A DNA stretch of 41,272 bases from Chiloscyllium plagiosum (lineage: Eukaryota): the NCBI RefSeq assembly GCF_004010195.1, contig NC_057718.1, forward strand, positions 27,073,631 through 27,114,902, written 5' to 3'. Below are positions 24,462-36,825 of the stretch, piece after piece. The notes beneath the pieces are model-generated. The model was given only the letters and a program-made list of their open reading frames with translations. It was not told where the DNA came from and made no database searches. The translations under genes and the position numbers were made by a program. The stretch's first letter is position 1. Each line of letters starts with the position of its first letter.

Positions 24462-24732
24462 TTAGATTAGATTACCTACAGTGTGGAAACCAGTCCATAC
24501 CAACCATCCAAAGAGTAACCCACCTAGACCCATTCCCCCACCCTATATTTAATGCACCCAAAACTATCAGCAATTTAGCATGGCCAATTCATTTAGCCTA
24601 CACATTTTTGGGTTGTAGGAGGAAACCCACACAGATACGGGGAAAATGTGCAAACTCCATACAGCCTCTGCATTAAACCCGGGTCTCCGGTGCTGTAAGG
24701 CAGCAATGCTAACCACTGAGCCACCATGCTGC
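24462..24732 (-). mobile_element. HE1-type V-SINE, decayed with internal deletions
   Basis: (ttaga)n tail, gtgcaaactcca V-domain, gctaaccactgagccaccatg head. Confidence 0.9.
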
Positions 24733-25044
24733 TGGTCTGTGATGGAGAACCTGGCAAAATAAAACCTTGAATGGAATGTAACATAGAATGGATTTTTCAA
24801 TCCAGTGATCATCCCATATAAATGTACAACCATAACAATATAACTTGGACATATAAGTCTGTAAAACACTTTTTTGTTGTTTTTCTAATTTATGGTGTAG
24901 GACCTTAAAGATTATTTGACATGTTTTTCTTTTATTCTAATACAAAGAACTCTTATTCAAAAGTATGCCATAGAAAACTGAATTTTATAAAGTTGAAAAT
25001 ATATTGTGTACATTATCACCTCCCAAGTTTTTTCATATTTTTTA

Positions 25045-25250
25045 TTATTAAATGAGAAGAGTGTGCCATTGGCAAGACCAGAAATTATTTCCCATTCATC
25101 TCGAATCGCTGCTGACTATATGGTGTTGGTGCATCAACAGTGCTGTTTGTAAGTTTCTAAGATTGGAATCCAGTGATAGTGAAGGAATGGCAATATAGTT
25201 CCAAGTCAGGGTGGTGTGTGGCTAGGAAGAAAAGCTGCATGGGTTCCCAT
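25045..25250 (-). mobile_element. 3' end remnant of the second LINE family
   Basis: gaaggaatggcaatatagttccaagtcagggtggtgtgtg is the reverse complement of the segment near 33300-33340. Confidence 0.6.
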
Positions 25251-28214
25251 GATCCTCCTTCCCTCATGCAAATGAAATAAGAATAAGAATCAGAATTTCT
25301 GATCCATGATTCATTGCTTACCAATCTGGTCATCATCCCATAAATGATTTTCAAAGATTGCTGGGTAAATTAGTAACTTCTGTTTTTTTTTTTCCCCACC
25401 ATCACCTTCACTAAAAGCTTTGAGTCACTGGTATAGTTTTAGAGATACTGACCTACGATATACCATGATTCATTCAATTTTTCAGTCTTGTTTGATAGCA
25501 CTCCTGTGAAGCACCTTCAGATGTCTTACTACCATAGATTTTCTGCATAAATGTAGCTGCTTGTTGCTGACCAAGGTAGAGAATGGAAGCATTATATGAC
25601 ATCATCACCATCAATTTGAATCATATGCATATCTGGTCTGCCCTATACCTCCCACACACTCTTCCAACAATGGTCACTGAACAGTGATTGCATTTGTAAA
25701 ATAGCTTGGCAATTGTTTTCCCTTCTTAAGTTTGGGCTGTTAAGGTATATTTTTGTTTGCCAATCTTAACTCAGACCTTAAGTCCGTTCAGACTTCACTA
25801 ACTTGTAGGGCTCAGTTGTTCACATGTAAACTTCTTGAGCTATTGGGGCAAGATTGGACAGACAATGGCACATGATACCATTCCTGGACTTGTAATCCAG
25901 AGACCCAGGTAATGCTCAAATGACTTTGGTTCAAATTCCACCATGGCAGATGGTGAAATTTGAATTTGAAAAAATGTCTGAAATTAAAACTCTCTCGATC
26001 CCTATGAAACTGTTGTCGATTTTTGTTATTAAAAAAAAATCTGATTGACTCATGTCCTTTCGGAAGGAAATACCTCGTTTGCCCACGTGTAATTTCAGAC
26101 GCCCAACGGTGTAATTGACCTTCAACTTCCCTTTGAAATGGCCTCGCTGGCAATTTAATTGTAACAATTGCTATGAATCAAAAAAAGGAATGAAACTCAA
26201 TAGATAACCTGACATTGATCTCGTCACCAGAAACGATGACAACAGATATAGTCCTGTCAACCCTGCAAAGTCAGCCTTCGTAACTCCTGGGAACTAGTGC
26301 CAAAATTGAGAGAACACTCAAACTAGTTAGTTAAGTAATATCTTGCTAATGAGTACGAGTTATGGTTCCGTGAGAATGACTATCCCAGACAGCACCATCA
26401 CCATCCCAGCAAAGTTGTCATGGTTTTCAGTCAGGGTGGAGTTACTCTGGACATTGTCAACGTTGACTCTGGACCCCATGAAGTCTCATGGCATCAGGTG
26501 AAATATGAGTAAGGAAACCTTTTTCCGATTACCACTTTATGCTCCCTACTACCTCCCTTTCTTCTGTTAATGAATGAGTGCTCCTTCATGTTGACCACCA
26601 CTTGGAGGAGACACTGAGGGTGGCACAGGTGCAGAATGTATTTTGGGATAGCAACTTCAACGTCCATCACCAGGAGTGGTTCGGCAGCACCACTACTAAT
26701 GGAGCTGGTAAGAGTTCTAATGGACATTGCTGCTGAATTGGATGTGCAGCAAATGGTGAAGGCAGCAACAAGAGAGAAATACATTCTCGGCCTCATCACT
26801 AATTTTTCTGCCTCAGACAGATGTGACTTTATCAATTTGATAAGAGTGACCACCATACAGTCCTTGTGGAGTTGAAGCATTATATTCCCATTGTGGATGC
26901 ACGAGAATGTGTGGTGTGCTAGTAACATTCTGTTAATTGGGATAAATTTTGAATAGATTGAGAACTCAAGACTAAATGTCTACGAAACATTGTGGATAAT
27001 CAGCTTTGTGCAGATTTGCACTGAAATTATCTGCAACCTCATAACCTGGCATATCCCACTCTAGTGTTACCAAGTCAGGAAATCTGTCTTGCTTGAATGA
27101 AGAGTGCAGATGGGCATCCCAGGCCCAGTACCAGGCATACATGAATACAAGGTGTTAATCTAGTGAAAATACAACTTTGCATGGCGAATGGCATAAACAA
27201 CGAGTACTGGACAGGGCTAAATGATTCCACCATCAATCGCGCTCTGGTCCTGCCGCATTCAATCATGAGTTGTGGAGAATTAAATAACTCACTGGAGGAG
27301 AAGGCTGTATGAATATCCCCATCCTGATCTGTGGGGAACCCCACCGCAAAAGAGAAAACCTGAGAATTTGTACGAGTTGTCAACTCAGAGGTGCTTATTG
27401 GGTAATCAAAATCAGTTTGGGGGAAAACATTCTGCCAGTCGGAGTCATATAAAGGAAGATGACTGTGTCTCTTGGACGTCAGTCATCTCTGCAGGAGAGC
27501 CTCTGGGTATGTCCTAGACCCAATCATCTTTAGTTGCTTCATTGGTGACTTTCCCTCTGTTACGAAATCAGACATGGGGATGTTTGCTGGTGACTGTAAT
27601 GTTTAGCACCGTTCGTGACACTTCAGATATTGTAGCAGTCCATGCTCAAATGCAGCAAGACTTGAACATATCTCGGCTTGGGGAGTAATGTGGCAAACAA
27701 CAGTACCACACAAGTAATAGACAATGACCGTCACCAACCATAGAGTATCCAACCATTGCCCCTTAACATTCAGTGACATTACCATTGCAGCATCCCTCAC
27801 CATCAACATACTGGGTTTACCATTGATCTGAAACTGAACTGGACTAACCATATAAATACTGTAGCTACAAGGACCGGTCACAGGCTCTCAATCCTGCATC
27901 TCTTGATTCCCCAAAGCCTGTCCACCAACTCCAAGAGAAAAATGTGATGGAATGAGTGCAGCTCCAACAATACTGAAGAAACTTGACAACATTTAGGAAA
28001 AATAAACCTGCTTGGTTGACAACATATTTACAAACAGTCACTCTCTCAACCACCGGCACATTTTCACTGCAAAATTTACCAAGTATTGTTTAGACAGCAT
28101 CTTCAGAATCCACAACCACTGCCATCTAGGAAGATAGGGCAACTGTTACATGGGAACGCTTGCAAGTTCCCTCCAAGACATTCATCTCCTGCCTTGGGAT
28201 TACATTGGGGCAAG

Positions 28215-28981
28215 CCTGAGGATTGCAGATGCTGGAGATCAGAGTCCTATGTTTCTGATGAAAAGCTTATGCTCGAAACGTTGACCTTCCTTGTTAGGTT
28301 TTTTTCCTGAGGTTTCATACAGGAGATGCAATTCACACACACCAACTTATGCAAACAGTTAAAGTTTATTAAGGCTTGTTACAAGATAGGTAACCACTTT
28401 TGACACTCTTCACAGGCATGCAAAGTCGAGTCAAAGTGAGGCCCTGAACAAAGAAAACATAACCCCTTTATACAGGTCAGTTGGTCACGCTCACGGTTAC
28501 TTTGGCCATTCTCCCACAGTCACATGCCATTCAAGAAAACCCCTCAGCCACTCCCTCATAGTCACATGTTACCCCAGGTATGATGGTGTGATGAGACCAT
28601 CCTCTGAGATAATGTAAATGCCCTAATTCTGGGGAATCGTTATGCAGATGATTTCCTGACTCAGTGATTTCCCAAGACAATGTCGGTGTGATATACCAAG
28701 CTTCAGGGGATGGCTAGAAAGCATTTCTTAATGGAAGAGATTGAATGATAGTTTAATTTGATAATAGTAGGGGGAGTAGGAGCAAATGGCTGTCTAAATG
28801 GAATGGAAGTCATCCGCATTCTTGCATGAATGTCGTCCCCACTGAGAGAGAGTGCAGCTAAACTCTTTACTATTACATTAATGTCCAGAGAGAGAACACA
28901 ATTTAATCTTGTAACATTATGTTCTGCCCCTCAGATGCTGCCTGACTTGGCTATGCTTTTCTAGCGCCACACTTTTTGACT
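28215..28981 (+). mobile_element. Penelope-derived short repeat (family C-related) with hammerhead motif, split by an LTR-like insert
   Basis: gcagatgctggagatcagagtc...CTGATGA-A-AAGC-ttat-GCTC-GAAA-CGTT (28255-28282); resumes at about 28922 with gcccctcagatgctgcctgac...ccacactttttgact. Confidence 0.75.
28292..28916 (-). mobile_element. Putative solo LTR
   Basis: TGTTA...TAACA termini; minus-strand TATAAA near 28470 followed by AATAAA near 28368; interrupts another element. No clean TSD. Confidence 0.55.
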
Positions 28982-29334
28982 TGGGAATATGTCACCATTT
29001 CTTCACCTTTTGCTGAATCAAAATTCTGGAACTCCCTCCCTAGTCGCACTGTGGATGTATCTACATCACATGGGCTACAGTGATTCTAAAGGGCAGCTCA
29101 CCATCACCACAAATGCCTGAAGGGCAACCAGGGATATGAAAACATAATTGGACCAGCCAGCAAAGCCCATATCTCCTAAGGAAATAAACTAAAGCTCCGC
29201 AGTGACTTGTACATGTGCTATTGGTTATTGCTAAGAGCCCAAATTATGTCTTGCACTAGACCCTTTGGGCAGAAGTATAATTCATTGCCTAGTTGTTCAT
29301 GTCCCAATTTTTATTTTGTTTTTGTTGGTTTCAG

Positions 29335-29472
29335 GGAAAGAGGACAAATCTGAAAAAGCTAGGCTCAGAACGTATTGGTCATGGAATGAGGGTTAAGTTC
29401 AATCCTCTAGCACTGTTGCTTGATTCTTCTCTGGAAGGGGAATTTGATCTAGTCCAGCGCATTATTTATGAG
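29335..29472 (+). CDS. TP53BP2: TP53BP2 coding exon, 138 nt, phase 0-0; RVKF PP1-binding motif and start of ankyrin domain
   Basis: tttgttggtttcAG acceptor, GAG|gtatgt donor. Encodes [46 protein letters not shown]. Confidence 0.98.
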
Positions 29473-30630
29473 GTATGTTATGACCTTTGATGTCACTTGA
29501 TATAAAGTGTGTTTAAATTTTCATTCTACCCAGTTTTACTGGATCTGGAACAATTTGAACTGAAACCCAGACAAAGGGCTTTGTTTTATTCTTGGGGTTG
29601 AATGCATTCTGCTCAATTGCTGTGAAGCTGGGTTGATGGCAAAGGGTGTGGGGGTCAAACATGAAGGGTGTGCAACCTTAACTCTACCCTTTGTTGAGTA
29701 ACTAATTAGTTCTTATCCCAGCTATTCCTTTAAAGGGCACCTGCCCACTCCTTGCAACTGCTGGCTATTCACAAAGTTGATAGATTGCAGTTTTGGCATT
29801 GCTGCCAATGTCTGTGGTCACTTCTGGGACTGCACCTTGAAAAGGAGGATGCTAAAGAAGAATACCATCCTCCCAACCAAGCAAAACAGGACAGTTGTTG
29901 TTACTGAAGGAAAGTCAGTGTTGCCATGCAGTCTTCCATGTGCTAAGGATGCCAGAAGAGAACCCCAAACTTGAACCACCGCTGTTCACGGATGGTCTCT
30001 CGACATTTAGACAGCTCACCCACCACTCAGAAAGTGCCAACAGTGGCAGCAAGAAGCTATAAGGACAACTATCCTCCATTTTCTTACTGCTAATAAAATG
30101 TCATGGTAGCAGAAAGATGGTGGAAACTCCACTCCCACCTACCCATGATATTCTTTAGCCTCTCGCTGCACCCACAAAGGGCTGGAAAACTTAGCCCAGT
30201 GTTTATCTTTTATGCTTGATGGTTTCCTGCCAAGTATTATTTGCATGTGAGTCTTTTACCCCTACTTGACAGAATAAGGAGCATTGTGGGCAACTTGATT
30301 TAGAATGAATTTAATGCACATAATTAGTTTCATTCTTGGAAAAGCTGTAAACTATATGCTAATTTTTCAGAACTGATTTTCAAAATATTGAAGAACTCAG
30401 TTGGAAAACAGTTGCTGAGTATGGACTTTATTTCTCAATTTATCTGGACAATGCAGATGTCTCTAATTTGTTGTTGAATTGTGTTGGAAATTGTTCTAGT
30501 GTCAAGTATGTAACCGAGGAACATTGTATTTGTTACTAATGATTGTGGTTGCGCAATCACAATCAATTTTTGTCGTTAATGGTTTAAAAAATCAGTTCAT
30601 TATTGTTTGTAATCTGTTTTTCTCGTATAG

Positions 30631-30764
30631 GTAGAGGATCCTAGCCAAGCAAATGATGAAGGAATTACAGCCCTACATAATGCTGTCTGTGCAGGTCACA
30701 CAGAAATTGTGAAGTTCTTAGTACAGTTTGGGGTAAATGTTAATGCAGCAGATAGTGATGGATG
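30631..30764 (+). CDS. TP53BP2: TP53BP2 coding exon, 134 nt, phase 0-2; ankyrin repeat (absent from the ORF track)
   Basis: ttttctcgtatAG acceptor, ATG|gtgagt donor. Manual translation [44 protein letters not shown](W). Confidence 0.98.
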
Positions 30765-31923
30765 GTGAGTTGGAAAATAAATATGGTTGATATTTGTTGA
30801 GTCGCATGGTTATTTAATTCCAAGTGTATAATCACATTTTGTACAACAGCTGGAGCATGTTCTTTCAGCATTGTGGGGGACTGTTTCTCAAAATACGTTT
30901 TTTATCAGAAAACTCAGTAGCTTAACAGAATTACATTGAATTTCTAAACAATAGGTAGTGCTTGAAGATATAAAATATAGTAAATGAAATATGTTTGGAG
31001 AAAATAGTTCTTTTAGTTATTGCATATGGTTTGAATTTTCCTTCAGTTATTCTCTCACGCACCCCATTCATTTTATGGTTACAATTATTGCAGAATTGAA
31101 CATTATGAACAGATGGTGGCTTCTTTCATAATTGGATTCATGTCAGAATTGCTGAACTAAGAGTATTCAATTCTTACCTTGTGTTAATAAAGCCATCTCC
31201 TGATATCTTTGTGATATCTTTTCATTATTGAAAATATGCGGAAGTAATTTTTATGCACTGTTAATATTTTAGGAGAAAGCATGTGCAATTGTTTAAAAAG
31301 CCCGTTTCTACCATTAAATAATTCCAGATAATAAAACCTATATTTTAATAGTTAGGTACATGGAAGCAAACTGTTCATGCTCACAAGTTGATTTTTCCAA
31401 GGGGTCCAAAACTGTACTTGATTTTGATTATTTTTAGATTTGTTCGTCTGTATGCGCACTTACCAATCAAAATTCGATAGAGAAACAAGCTTTTGCTTCT
31501 CCTAAAATGTAATTTAAACTCTGTACTTAAGGCCAACTTATTTTCGGTGTACACTGTCAGAATTTTTGGAGTATTTAATTTAATCATGTTAACTTTTGCT
31601 TCTCATTTGTAAGGGAGAAAATAAAATCTGCTAATATTGAGCTCATTACTTACAAGCTTTTTACAAAGTTGTTTGTCTGAGACACACATCATTCAGTGAA
31701 AGAACTGTGCTATGAGTGTCCTTGAGAGTTCCAATTCCACTTGTTCTTTGCAAGGATGTGTACTCTTCCGGTTCTCCAAATTAGGATAAGTTTGCTATTG
31801 AAATGGAGTCGTTCAAATGTTGTGAAGCTAAAAGCCTGCTATTGTTTTGTCTTGAAATACAGACTTCTACGGTAAAATACTGAATCACTTTTAAATAGCA
31901 GTTTAAGTATCTATGCTCTGTAT

Positions 31924-32272
31924 TTAGATTAGATTAGATTACTTTAGATTAGATTAGATTAGATTACTTACAGTGTGGAAACAGACCCTTCGGCCCAACA
32001 AGTCCACACCGACCTGCCAAAGCGTAACCCACCCAGACCCATTCTCCTACATTTACCCCTTCACCTAACACTACGGGCAATTTAGCATGGCCAATTCACC
32101 TAACCTGCACATTTTTGGACTGTGAGAGGAAACCGGAGCACCCGGAGGAAACCCACGCAGACACGGGGAGAATGTGCAAATTCCACACAGAGAGTCGCCT
32201 GAGGCGGGAATTGAACCTGGGTCTCTGGCATTGTGAGGCAGCAGTGCTAACCACCATGCCACCATGCTGCCC
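31924..32272 (-). mobile_element. HE1-type V-SINE with long (ttaga)n tail
   Basis: Full head, V domain and tail on the reverse strand. Confidence 0.95.
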
Positions 32273-32429
32273 ACGAACCTCAACTTTGTACGCCTCAAAA
32301 ATAATGTAGTCTAAACATAGATTTTGTTGTGCTCATAAAAATATTAACATGAAAAATAATCAAATTAGGTTAAAATAAGTAATCTCAAATTCTAACATGG
32401 CAAAACAAAAGAGCTAATCTAGGAGAATG

Positions 32430-33811
32430 AGGCCATATGTTTGGGATTTGGAGATCGAGTATCCTTCAACTGTTCATGTATCATTGACTATGAAGAACTC
32501 GAGAGTCTGTGGTAAGATTATTACCAAGCTGAATAAGAGAAGTGCAAGGGTAGATTTAAAAAAGAATAAAATTATCAGCTAACAGAAAAGGAACCCACAA
32601 GTCTCTTATAAATTGCAGTACAGTAAAAAGATAGTCACAAGAAGGTTAGAGTGATTAGGGATCTGAAAGGAGATCACTTATGGATACAGAGAGCAATGCT
32701 GAAGTATTAAATGAATATTTTAAAGTCTTATCAAGAATTGAGTATGTCCACACCGAACTGTATCACCCCATTTCTGACCTTACAGTGGAGACAAGGTGAA
32801 GCAGCTGAAGATATTTGGCCATAGGGTGACCAATCTTTTAAGTACTCTTTCTTTATATTTGTCCTGTCCTGTGTATTAACTGTCTACTTCTTTACTGGTA
32901 TATTGACAGCATTGACTGTTCTCATGATGACACAACTGGACTAGCCATATAAATACAAGAGCAGGTCAGAGGCTAGGAATTCCGTGGCAAGTAACATTCC
33001 TCCTGACTCCATAAAGTCTGTTCATCATCTATTAAGTGGAAGTCAAGAATATGATCCAATTCTCCCACTTGCCTGGATGAATGCTGCTCCAACAACACTT
33101 GAAGCTTGACACTGTCCAGGACAAAGCAGCACCCTGATTGGCACCATACAAGCATTTAGTCCCTCCACCAATGCAGTAGTATGTACCATCTACAAGATGC
33201 ACCTTCAACAGTGCCTTTCCATATTTGCAAACTCTGCTATGTAAAGCATAAAGGTAGTTGGTGAAGGGGAGCACCACCACCTGCAAATTCCCTCCAATTC
33301 ACACACCGTTCCAACTTGGAAATGTGTTGTCATTCTCTTTGGTTGATGGGTCAAAATCCTGGAATTCATCCTTTAACAGCAATGTTGGTATACCTATATC
33401 ACAAGAACCACAATGATTCAAGAAGGCAGTTCACCTTCCTGCAGAAATTTAGGGATGGGCAATAAATCCTGGCTTAGCCAGCCATGTTTCTATCCAGTAA
33501 ATGAAAATGGGGATAGAAATGACTGATTTGATCCATCCTACTTATGTGAGAGACATAAGGGTAATGATTACAGGGTCTCTAATAACAATCTTCCAGTTTT
33601 TTCTTCAATTTGAGAATGTGGCCAAGCCGGTAGAGGATTTTATATGTTAAGTCACTGTGCAAAAAATAGAAGGTAAACCCAGCAGTGACCTGTCAGTCAG
33701 CCTAAGATCAGTGATTGGGAAACTTCCAGAGACAATCCATGGCAAAGTCTAAAAATAAAAGCTTTCAAGTTTTGTTAGAGGTAAATCATGTTTGAATAGC
33801 TTGATTGAATT
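32430..33811 (+). mobile_element. Old CR1 ORF2 remnants (32430-32740, 33510-33811) flanking a 3' fragment of the second LINE family (32925-33505)
   Basis: RKGTHKSLIN/AEVLNEYF-like and ggtaaatcatgtttg (GKSCL) remnants. 32925-33505 aligns with 27830-29180 and ends agggatgggcaataaatcctggc. Confidence 0.7.
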
Positions 33812-34180
33812 ATAGAGTCAAAGAGGTGTACAGCATGGGAACAGACCCTTCGGTCCAACTTGTCCATGCCGATCAGATAGCCCAACCCAATCTAGTCCCA
33901 ACTGCCAGCTCCAGGCCCATATCCCTCCAAACTCTTCCTAATCGTGTACCCATCTAGATGCCTTTTAAATGTTGCAATTGTACTATCCTCCATCACTTCC
34001 TCTGGCAACTCATTCCCAACACATACCCCCTCTGCATGAAACAGTTGCCCCTTAAGTCCCTTTTCTATCTTTCCCCTCTCACCCTAAACCTATGCCCTCT
34101 AGTTCTGGGCTCCCCCAACCCCAGGGAAAAGACCTTGTCTATTTATCCCTCATGATTTTATAAACCTCTATAAGGTCACC
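33812..34180 (-). mobile_element. CR1/HER1-type LINE 3' end, cut by the assembly gap
   Basis: Tail atagagtcaaagaggtgtacagc; GDLIEVYKIMR next to the gap. Confidence 0.93.
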
Positions 34181-34680
34181 NNNNNNNNNNNNNNNNNNNN
34201 NNNNNNNNNNNNNNNNNNNNNNNNNNNNNNNNNNNNNNNNNNNNNNNNNNNNNNNNNNNNNNNNNNNNNNNNNNNNNNNNNNNNNNNNNNNNNNNNNNNN
34301 NNNNNNNNNNNNNNNNNNNNNNNNNNNNNNNNNNNNNNNNNNNNNNNNNNNNNNNNNNNNNNNNNNNNNNNNNNNNNNNNNNNNNNNNNNNNNNNNNNNN
34401 NNNNNNNNNNNNNNNNNNNNNNNNNNNNNNNNNNNNNNNNNNNNNNNNNNNNNNNNNNNNNNNNNNNNNNNNNNNNNNNNNNNNNNNNNNNNNNNNNNNN
34501 NNNNNNNNNNNNNNNNNNNNNNNNNNNNNNNNNNNNNNNNNNNNNNNNNNNNNNNNNNNNNNNNNNNNNNNNNNNNNNNNNNNNNNNNNNNNNNNNNNNN
34601 NNNNNNNNNNNNNNNNNNNNNNNNNNNNNNNNNNNNNNNNNNNNNNNNNNNNNNNNNNNNNNNNNNNNNNNNNNNNNNNN
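34181..34680. other. Assembly gap, 500 N
   Basis: Exactly 500 consecutive n, probably a placeholder size. Confidence 0.99.
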
Positions 34681-35136
34681 TGATTTCTTTCACAGATACT
34701 GCCAGATCTGCTGAGATTTTCCATCAATTTCTGTTTCTGTTCCTTTAATGTTGACATGGTTTCTATCTGAGCCACCAACATTACAGCAGTTCAAAGCCTC
34801 AGTAGTCCTCTGTTGAGTGTGTTTTTTATTCATCATTCTAAATTGTTCAGTTTTCTTCTTGTACTATAGTCTCTTCTAAAGTTCTTAATTATTGGAAGGC
34901 ATTTGCTTCAATTTACTCCTTCAATAATCATAATTTTAAACATTTTTTATTGAATTGCTATGGTTCGTCATACTAGACAGCCTCCTGATGAAACAGCATT
35001 GAATGCTCTCTCAACTCTTATTATCCTTCCTAACCTGAAGACTCAGTAGTCCATACAGAAATCTGACGCTAAGATTTTAGACAGGGATAATTATTACCTC
35101 TTGGGATTTTATATTTCATTAGTCTATAGCAGTCTT

Positions 35137-36262
35137 TTAGAGTCATGGAGTCCTATAGCACAGAGACAGGCCCTTCGGCCCAAACTGGTCCATGCTGACC
35201 AAAATGTCCATCCACACTAACGCCATTTCCCTGCACTTAACCCATATCCTTGTAAACTTTTCCTATTCATGTATTTGCCCAAATGCGTCTAAATGTTTGT
35301 TAATGTAGCCACCTCAACCACTTCTGCTGGCAGCTCATTCCATATGCGTACCACCTTCTGTGTAAAAAACGTAGCCCCTCAGGTTTATTCTTTCCCCTCT
35401 TACCTTAAACTGATGCCCTTAATTCTCCAACCCTGGGGAAAGAAAACTGAGTGCACTCATCCTATCCGTGCCTCTCATGATCTTATACACTTCTATAAGA
35501 TTCTTCCTCAGTCTCCCATGCTCTAAAGAAAGAAGCCCTAGCCTATCCAACCTCTCCCTATAACTCAGACTCTTGAGTCCTGGCAACATCCTTGTAAATG
35601 AGTTCTGCACTCTTCCCAGTTTAATAACATCCTTCCTATAGCAAGGTGACCAAAACTGAACACAATACTCCAAGTGTAGCCTCACCAATGTCCTGTACAA
35701 CTGCAACATAACTTCCCAATTCTATAATCAGTGCCCTGACTGATGAAGGCCAGTGTGCCAAAAGCTTTCTTCACTGCCCTGTCTGCCTGTGACTCCACTT
35801 TCAGATAACCGTGCACCTGAACTCCAAGGTCCCTCTGCTCCATTACACTCCTTAAGGCCCTACATTCACCATGAAACACCTACCCTGTCTTGACTTTCCA
35901 AAATGCGACACTTCACTCTTATCTATATTTGCTGTTTCTTGGCCCACTTCCCCAGCTGATCAAGATCCTGCTGCAGTTTCTGATAATGTCCCTCACTGTC
36001 CCCAGTACCACCTATTTTAGTGTCATCAGCAAACTTACTAATCATGTCTTGTACATTCTTATCCAAATCATTGATATAGATAACAAATAGCAATGGGCCC
36101 AGCACCAACTCCTGAGACACACCACTAGTCACAAGTGTCCAGTTCAAAAGGCATCCTTCCACTATTACCCTCTGCTTCCTACCATTAAGCCAATTGTGTA
36201 TCCAATTTTAGATTAGATTACAGCGTGGAAAATTTGCCAGCTCTCTCTGGATTCCATGCGAC
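35137..36262 (-). mobile_element. CR1-type LINE 3' 1.1 kb
   Basis: [39 protein letters not shown]; tail tagagtcatggagtc. Confidence 0.94.
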
Positions 36263-36825
36263 CAAACCTTTTGGTTATTTGTTTTTAACTATCACCTTAA
36301 CAGCTGAAGTACCTCATTTAAAATTTTGTGAATTTGAACTTATAAAATGTTCTGCTTTCCTATATCATCCAACCTTTCCTCACTTAAAGTATTTATTATG
36401 TAAATCAAGATGAAAAACCCCATAAGAATGGACACTGAAGGAAATAGGGAATGGGGTGAGGTGGAATTGGGTGGAGGATAGGCAGAGGCAATTAGAGGCG
36501 GAAGAGGCTTGTTAGGAATCCAGATCTTATCCAATAACTCAATACCATCCGTATCACTCTTGCAACCACAGATAATGTGTTGGTCTCCATGTAAGATAGG
36601 GGTTTCACCTTCACATCCTGAAGTCCAAGATGAACAGACTTGGAATACTTTCGCATACAATTCAAATCCGCGCTTTTTCATTGCAAATAGATTATTTAGC
36701 ATCTCTGGCCTGTTCCGCTATCCAATAAAGTATTGATCCACAACCCAACTCCTTTGCCCCGTACAGCTTAATAACTTTGGTTAACAAAAATCTATTCAAC
36801 TCCCATTTTCAAAGTAACAATTGAT

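Larger units (their letters stand above)
25858..29188 (+). mobile_element. Decayed APE-RT LINE (CR1/L2 group, second family) with tRNA-SINE-like 5' end, interrupted at about 28200-28981
   Basis: Head matches SINE 9526-9872; (G)NFNVHHQEW endonuclease remnant near 26650; catggggatgtttgctggtgactg (FADD-like) near 27575; tail aagggcaaccagggat...ccagccagc. Confidence 0.8.

Noticed and set aside
29596..30197. Possible old DNA element with gggttgaat...aaacttagccc termini
   Set aside because: Terminal inverted match is too weak to support a call.
16114..30764. Assignment to ASPP1 (PPP1R13B) or iASPP
   Set aside because: [36 protein letters not shown] and [13 protein letters not shown] match ASPP2 as recalled rather than its paralogues.
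34139..34781. 184- and 201-aa ORFs
   Set aside because: Artefacts of translating the N gap.
35740..35767. Hammerhead look-alike CTGATGA-A-GGC-cagtgt-GCC-AAAA-GCTT
   Set aside because: Has AAAA instead of the essential GAAA and is the antisense of CR1 coding sequence (KAFGTLAFISQ), so it is likely coincidental.
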